Assembly: GCF_003367075.2 (NCBI RefSeq)
Contig: NZ_CP065936.1
Location: forward strand, 3,360,001-3,392,000
From: Cylindrospermopsis raciborskii Cr2010
GTDB lineage: Bacteria; Cyanobacteriota; Cyanobacteriia; Cyanobacteriales; Nostocaceae
DNA length: 32,000 nucleotides
Reading direction: 5' to 3'
The position numbers and the translations under genes are program-made. Positions 26,109 to 32,000 of the stretch are shown in pieces. Within the stretch, counting starts at the first letter, position 1. Each line of letters starts with the position of its first letter. The notes under the pieces are model-generated. The model was not told where the DNA came from, made no database searches, and saw only the letters and a program-made list of their open reading frames with translations.

Positions 26109-27593
26109 CTAACCTATGCCCAATTTTCCAGCTAGAGCAGGGGTAAGGGGTAAGAGGGTACTAATCATTAAAAACAAGGCCAAAAGACCTAGAGCTGCTC
26201 TTGCATCATCAGGTTCGGTAATTTCATTTAAACTGGGACGTTCCCCATCCCGTTGCAAAAAGAAAATCACAATTGCCCAATAAAAGGCCGTGGTATTACC
26301 TAAAGAAACCAAAGCTAAAACCGCTAGGGTGGCGATTGTGGTTGTCCGTGCGGTTTTACGTCCATAAATTGCTTGAACAATACGCCCCCCATCCAGTTGT
26401 CCTGCTGGCATTAAATTTAAAGCTGTGATGACCAGTCCTAACCAACCAATAATTACTAGGGGATGAATATTAACTACGGGTGCTTGTAGGGTGGATCCTA
26501 AAATCACTCGTGCTAAACTACCCACTAGAATTGAACCCTGGAAGAATTTATTAGGTATTTGAAATAAACTCCCAGGGTGAGAAAGTAATAACCCGGTCAC
26601 CAACATCACCAGGGAGACTAGACCACCAAAACCAGGACCTGCTAAAGCAATGTCAAATAAAGCCTTACGGTCAGGTAGGAGGGACTGAAAGCGAGTAATT
26701 GCTCCAAAGGAGCCAATTTGCACCGCTGGTAAGAAAAAAGGCCAGGTCAGTTGAACTTGATGTTTTTTGGCAAATAACCAATGTCCCAGTTCATGAGCTA
26801 CCAAAATTGCCAATATTCCTAGAGCTATGGGTAGAGCTTCCGTAATCCGTGATGGGGTGGTAAATAAGTCAAAATTCAACAGCAAACCCCCAGTTTCTAA
26901 ACTGGTAGCAATGGTTGCCAGTAATAAAATTACGGCAAATACCTTTTGTCCTAACTGCATGGGTCGTGGATCGCTGCGACTGGGTAAAATGATTACTACG
27001 GGTTTACCATCCGTGTTCTCTACTAAAAAAAGACGGTATTTGTCTCCTAATTGTCCCGCTAAATTTTTAGTCAGTCGCTTATGAACCTCTTGTGCATCAC
27101 CCCGTAGGTTACCTTTAAAAACTACTCCTTCCTGATAGGGAATGGTTTCCGTGGCAAAGAATGTATCAATGCCAAAAATCCCCTTGATGGTGTTTAAATC
27201 TTCTTCTGGGATGGTTATGGGCTCTAGTTTGACCACTGGTGGACCGCCATTTTCTGTCTGACTTACTGTTGGTGAAGTTTCCTTGGCAATTCTTTCTGTG
27301 GCCTTTGTTTTGAGAATTACATCTTGACCAGCTTTCCGTAACTGCCAACCTAAGAAGATATATATACTTGTTGAAATAACCAGTAGTAACAGTACACCTG
27401 CTATATTGATATAAATTCCAACTGCAAACAGACCAAAGAACACCAACCACGGAGCCATTAAGACAACAGATTGCAACCAAGCCAGGATCCCTAGTTTGCC
27501 AAAGGGTCTGGAACGGTAAAAGCCCCAAGCCAAAATACCTAAGGCGACTAATATTACAGCCGCAATTATAGGAGTTTCTGATGAAGTTAACAT
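26109..27593 (-). CDS. Site-2 protease family (M50) membrane metalloprotease
   Basis: 494 aa and polytopic. It has the HELGHW zinc motif and the second motif NLMPAGQLDGG. Confidence 0.8.
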   Translation of the reverse strand: MLTSSETPIIAAVILVALGILAWGFYRSRPFGKLGILAWLQSVVLMAPWLVFFGLFAVGIYINIAGVLLLLVISTSIYIFLGWQLRKAGQDVILKTKATERIAKETSPTVSQTENGGPPVVKLEPITIPEEDLNTIKGIFGIDTFFATETIPYQEGVVFKGNLRGDAQEVHKRLTKNLAGQLGDKYRLFLVENTDGKPVVIILPSRSDPRPMQLGQKVFAVILLLATIATSLETGGLLLNFDLFTTPSRITEALPIALGILAILVAHELGHWLFAKKHQVQLTWPFFLPAVQIGSFGAITRFQSLLPDRKALFDIALAGPGFGGLVSLVMLVTGLLLSHPGSLFQIPNKFFQGSILVGSLARVILGSTLQAPVVNIHPLVIIGWLGLVITALNLMPAGQLDGGRIVQAIYGRKTARTTTIATLAVLALVSLGNTTAFYWAIVIFFLQRDGERPSLNEITEPDDARAALGLLALFLMISTLLPLTPALAGKLGIG

Positions 27594-27721
27594 CGCTAAA
27601 CCTTGGTTTTTGAACTACATTAACTACTGTACAACCTACTTTCGGTATATTTGGCTGAAACGGAAGCACTTCCGTGCCAAAGTCGGAGCTGGGAAAAGTT
27701 AACAATCTCTATTCAATTTGC

Positions 27722-29125
27722 CTAAGCTGCTTTCAGTTCTAATTCCAGTGGTGGTAATCCATAAATAGAACGATATAGGTCTTCATACTTTTTGGCAGAT
27801 TCATACCAACTAAAGTTTTGACTCATACCGCGTTTTTGTAGTTCTTGCCATTGAGGTTTGTAACGAAAACCTTCCCAAGCACGAATCATACAAGTAAACA
27901 GATCTAAGGGTTCATAGCGGTCAAAACAATACCCAGTACCTGCTTGATTTATGGGATCATGATGGGTCACAGTGTCAACCAATCCTCCCGTCCGCCGCAC
28001 AATGGGAACTGAACCATAGCGCAAAGCCATCATTTGACTAATACCACAAGGCTCAAAACGACTGGGCATGAGAAAAGTATCAGTTCCTGCATAAATACGA
28101 CGAGAAAGAGCTTCATTGTAAAGCAAGTAGGTTGCTATACGTCCAGGATAGCGGGATGCTAACTGCCACATTTGAGTTTCGTAATAGCGATCGCCTGTTC
28201 CTAAGAGTATAAATTGAGCATCCGTGTAAGCTAGGAACCGGTCAAGCATTTGGATGATTAAATCTAAACCCTTTTGCTCCACCAGTCTACTGACCATACC
28301 CATTAAAAAGGCATTGGAGTTGACCTCCAAACCCATTTCCTCTTGCAGGGCAATTTTATTAGCCTTGCGTTTGTCTAAGGTATTGGCATTAAAGGTTTGA
28401 GTTATATATTTATCACTGGCTGGATTATACAGTTCCGTGTCTATACCATTGATAATCCCTGATAATTTACCACTGATAAAAGATAACAAACCCTCTATTT
28501 GTTCACCATAGGCAGCGGTTTTGATTTGCTCTGCATAAGTTGGCGAAACCGTATTAACTCTATCAGCATACTGAACTGCTGCGGCCATGGTATTATGTCC
28601 TTCCATATACCAAGGACACCAAGTAATTTTCTCTAAATACCACCGCCATGGACCCTGGTAAGCTAGGTTATGAATGGTGAAAACCGTGGTGATATCAGGA
28701 TCTTGGTGCATCCACACAGGAATCATGCCTGTGTGCCAATCATGACAGTGAATTATTTCCGGTTTCCAGTAATTCCAGGCAAACTCCGCAGCTCCATTAG
28801 CAAATAGGGTGAACCTCCAGTCTTCATCTTCCCCTGAATAAATACGCCGAGGCAAAAAAGATGGATGTCCAAATAGATATAAGGGAACATCTGTTCCTGG
28901 CAGAAGAGTTTCATAAACAGAAAAGTCTTGAAACATGGCAAAGCCCTTCCATACAGGATCTTTGGGAATTTCCATCTTGTCGGGTAAAAAGCCGTAGTAA
29001 GGTAGGAAGATCCGTACATCATGTCCCATTTGTCTAAGGAATTTTGGTAATGCACCTACAACGTCTCCCATACCTCCCGCTTTAGCAATGGGGGCAGCCT
29101 CTGCTGCTACAAATAGAATTCGCAT
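27722..29125 (-). CDS. glgA: Glycogen synthase
   Basis: Motifs: [33 protein letters not shown]. 467 aa. Confidence 0.9.
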   Translation of the reverse strand: MRILFVAAEAAPIAKAGGMGDVVGALPKFLRQMGHDVRIFLPYYGFLPDKMEIPKDPVWKGFAMFQDFSVYETLLPGTDVPLYLFGHPSFLPRRIYSGEDEDWRFTLFANGAAEFAWNYWKPEIIHCHDWHTGMIPVWMHQDPDITTVFTIHNLAYQGPWRWYLEKITWCPWYMEGHNTMAAAVQYADRVNTVSPTYAEQIKTAAYGEQIEGLLSFISGKLSGIINGIDTELYNPASDKYITQTFNANTLDKRKANKIALQEEMGLEVNSNAFLMGMVSRLVEQKGLDLIIQMLDRFLAYTDAQFILLGTGDRYYETQMWQLASRYPGRIATYLLYNEALSRRIYAGTDTFLMPSRFEPCGISQMMALRYGSVPIVRRTGGLVDTVTHHDPINQAGTGYCFDRYEPLDLFTCMIRAWEGFRYKPQWQELQKRGMSQNFSWYESAKKYEDLYRSIYGLPPLELELKAA

Positions 29126-29273
29126 AATTAGTTGGTGATTGGTGATTGTTTAATCATGGAGGGTTAATAAGAGAAAAGTAAGCATTTTTTCTCATTTTAA
29201 CAGGAACGATAGATAGGGAATGGCTATTTATAGCTCTGTTTCTATTCTCCTATGAAAGGTTCTCAACCAGTCT

Positions 29274-30242
29274 TTAAGACCCACGTTGAATTTGAGTGAA
29301 TATTTCCTCCAGAATTTCCGTTGCTCCCTGTTCCCTGAGAATATTTGCTAACTGGGTACCTAATTTTTCCGCATCAGTAGCAGCACCGGTAATTGTATTT
29401 TTTACTAGGTTTTCACCATTCACACTGGCAACAATTCCCGTTAGGGTGAGGGTTTCTCCGTCTATTTCTGTGTTTACACCAATGGGAACTTGACAACCTC
29501 CTTCTAAAGAGCGCAAGAAAGAACGTTCAGCTAAACAGCGATCGCGTGTTTGTGGATGTTCAATTGCTTTCAGAATGGTAATTAGTTCCAGGTCATTTTC
29601 TCGACATTCTATGCCCAAAGCGCCTTGACCAACCGCATGAAGGGAAATATCCGGGGGTAAAATTTCATGAATACGATGGTGCATATTGAGTCTTTCTAGA
29701 CCAGCAACAGCTAGAATTAGAGCATCATATTCACCTGCATCAAGTTTGGTCATACGAGTGTTGAGATTACCTCGTACATCCTTAAAGGTGAAATAGGAGA
29801 ATTTATGGCGCAACTGTGCCAGTCTTCTCAGGGAGGAAGTACCAATTACCGATCCTGGAGGTAGGGTGTCCAGGGTTTGTCCCAGATGGTTTTGGTGGAA
29901 TACCACTGCATCAGCTGGGTTTTCCCGTTCTGTGATTGCTGCTAAGGTCAAACCTTCTGGCAAATTGGTGGGCAAATCCTTGAGAGAGTGAACAGCAAAA
30001 TCGATTTCCTGATTAATCATTCCCAGTTCCAGTTCTTTGGTAAATAAACCCTTATCACCAATTTTGGCCAATGCTACATCCAGGATCTTATCCCCCTGGG
30101 TGGACATGGTATGAACTTGAAAATCAATATCCGGATAGCTTTTCTGTAGTTGCTCTTGCACCCAATAGGTTTGCACTAGAGCAAGTTCACTTTTGCGAGA
30201 ACCAATACGAATGATGCGTGAAGGGCTAGAAACTGAGGTCAT
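29274..30242 (-). CDS. hemC: Hydroxymethylbilane synthase (porphobilinogen deaminase)
   Basis: Motifs: [37 protein letters not shown]. Confidence 0.95.
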   Translation of the reverse strand: MTSVSSPSRIIRIGSRKSELALVQTYWVQEQLQKSYPDIDFQVHTMSTQGDKILDVALAKIGDKGLFTKELELGMINQEIDFAVHSLKDLPTNLPEGLTLAAITERENPADAVVFHQNHLGQTLDTLPPGSVIGTSSLRRLAQLRHKFSYFTFKDVRGNLNTRMTKLDAGEYDALILAVAGLERLNMHHRIHEILPPDISLHAVGQGALGIECRENDLELITILKAIEHPQTRDRCLAERSFLRSLEGGCQVPIGVNTEIDGETLTLTGIVASVNGENLVKNTITGAATDAEKLGTQLANILREQGATEILEEIFTQIQRGS

Positions 30243-30325
30243 AAAAATAATTTGTCAAACCAGGTGATAAATTCACATTTATCTAGACTACCTCAGTAAG
30301 TGACCCACCGGACACAATTCTCATG

Positions 30326-30350
30326 TTGACATCCTTTACGGTTTTCTATA

Positions 30351-30354
<4 letters not shown>
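30326..30354 (+). promoter_or_regulatory. Consensus sigma70-type promoter for hemB
   Basis: TTGACA (30326-30331), a 17-nt spacer, then TATAAT (30349-30354). The predicted TSS near 30361 is about 20 nt upstream of ATG 30381. Confidence 0.55.
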
Positions 30355-31379
<1,025 letters not shown>

Positions 31380-31454
31380 GTACACCCAGAGGCTAAAACT
31401 AGAATTGCTTTTGCTCATTTTGGTGTTACACTATTTACATCCAATTTATAAACT

Positions 31455-32000
31455 ATGCAAAATATCCCGCTTACATCAAAGAACGTAGACGTAGAAATTC
31501 CTAAATTAGGAATGCCAGTCAGCATCATAACTGGTTTTTTAGGTAGTGGTAAAACCACATTGTTAAATCAAATTCTGCAAAACAAGCAAGATTTAAAAAT
31601 AGCGGTTTTGGTAAATGAATTTGGGGATATTGACATTGACAGTCAATTACTGGTGACTGTGGAACAAGACATGCTAGAGCTGACGAACGGTTGTATATGC
31701 TGTACCATCAATGATGGTTTAGTGGATGCGGTGTATAGAATATTGGAGCGAGAGCAGCTGGTTGATTATTTAGTCATTGAAACCACAGGAGTAGCGGATC
31801 CCCTACCAATCATCTTAACTTTTTTAGGCACAGAGCTCAGAGACTTAACCAATTTGGACTCGATTATCACAGTTGTGGATGCTGAAACATTTGATGAAAA
31901 CCACTTTAATAGTGAAGCAGCTTTGCAGCAGATCACTTACGGTGATTTTATTCTATTAAACAAGATAGATCTTGTGAACGTAAGCAAATTGGAAGAAATC
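31455..32000 (+). CDS. COG0523-family (CobW/YjiA-like) metallochaperone GTPase. The 3' end lies outside the window.
   Basis: Own translation from ATG 31455 is open to the window end. Walker A is GFLGSGKTTLLN. The metal motif is NGCICCT. The motif ETTGVADP is also present. An alternative start at Met20 (31512) is possible. Confidence 0.85.
   Translation, partial: MQNIPLTSKNVDVEIPKLGMPVSIITGFLGSGKTTLLNQILQNKQDLKIAVLVNEFGDIDIDSQLLVTVEQDMLELTNGCICCTINDGLVDAVYRILEREQLVDYLVIETTGVADPLPIILTFLGTELRDLTNLDSIITVVDAETFDENHFNSEAALQQITYGDFILLNKIDLVNVSKLEEI

Noticed and set aside
27166-27705. Track ORF 27166-27705 (-), 179 aa
   Set aside because: It overlaps the M50 protease gene in another frame. Its translation is Cys/Arg/Trp-rich nonsense, whereas the protease frame has clear HELGH and LDG motifs.

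Overview
All calls come from by-eye motif recognition; no homology search, folding or statistics could be run. The window looks like cyanobacterial chromosome. It carries at least 13 HIP1 octamers (GCGATCGC), a VGWVE-type hairpin repeat, and ho1, glgA and an acpP-fabF-tkt block. It is AT-rich and probably from a heterocystous Nostocales lineage. Two parts stand out. (A) nt 1-9535 is a plus-strand accessory cluster. It has the 3' end of a PfaA/HglE-like synthase (KR end plus PKS dehydratase), a PfaB/HglG-like subunit (non-condensing KS-like domain plus AT), and a PfaD/HglD-family enoyl reductase. An unusual tail follows: a stand-alone condensation-domain protein (HHxxxDG intact), a discrete carrier protein, a strong intrinsic terminator, and a 625-aa protein. 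That protein has a TubC_N-type docking domain fused to about 570 aa that I cannot assign to any family. This tail is my best candidate for an undescribed chain-release or tailoring system on a PUFA/heterocyst-glycolipid-type lipid synthase. The region is also nearly devoid of HIP1 and visibly more AT-rich than the rest. (B) nt 9621-32000 is mostly housekeeping: L,D-transpeptidase, tkt-fabF-acpP, an HdrB-like CCG protein, a Kv-type K+ channel, a Spy/CpxP-like protein, glmM, ho1, minCDE, a DUF1537-type kinase, a GHL10-like hydrolase, an M50 protease, glgA, hemC, hemB and a COG0523 GTPase. Notable items in part B are a single-chain triple-tandem PTPS/QueD (COG0720) fusion with differentiated repeats, and a consensus promoter overlapped by a Fur-family 7-1-7 operator upstream of an Asp-rich hemB plus COG0523, which looks like a zinc-sparing operon. 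The K+ channel also has a C-terminal zinc ribbon. I saw no tRNA, rRNA, CRISPR array, transposase or integrase.
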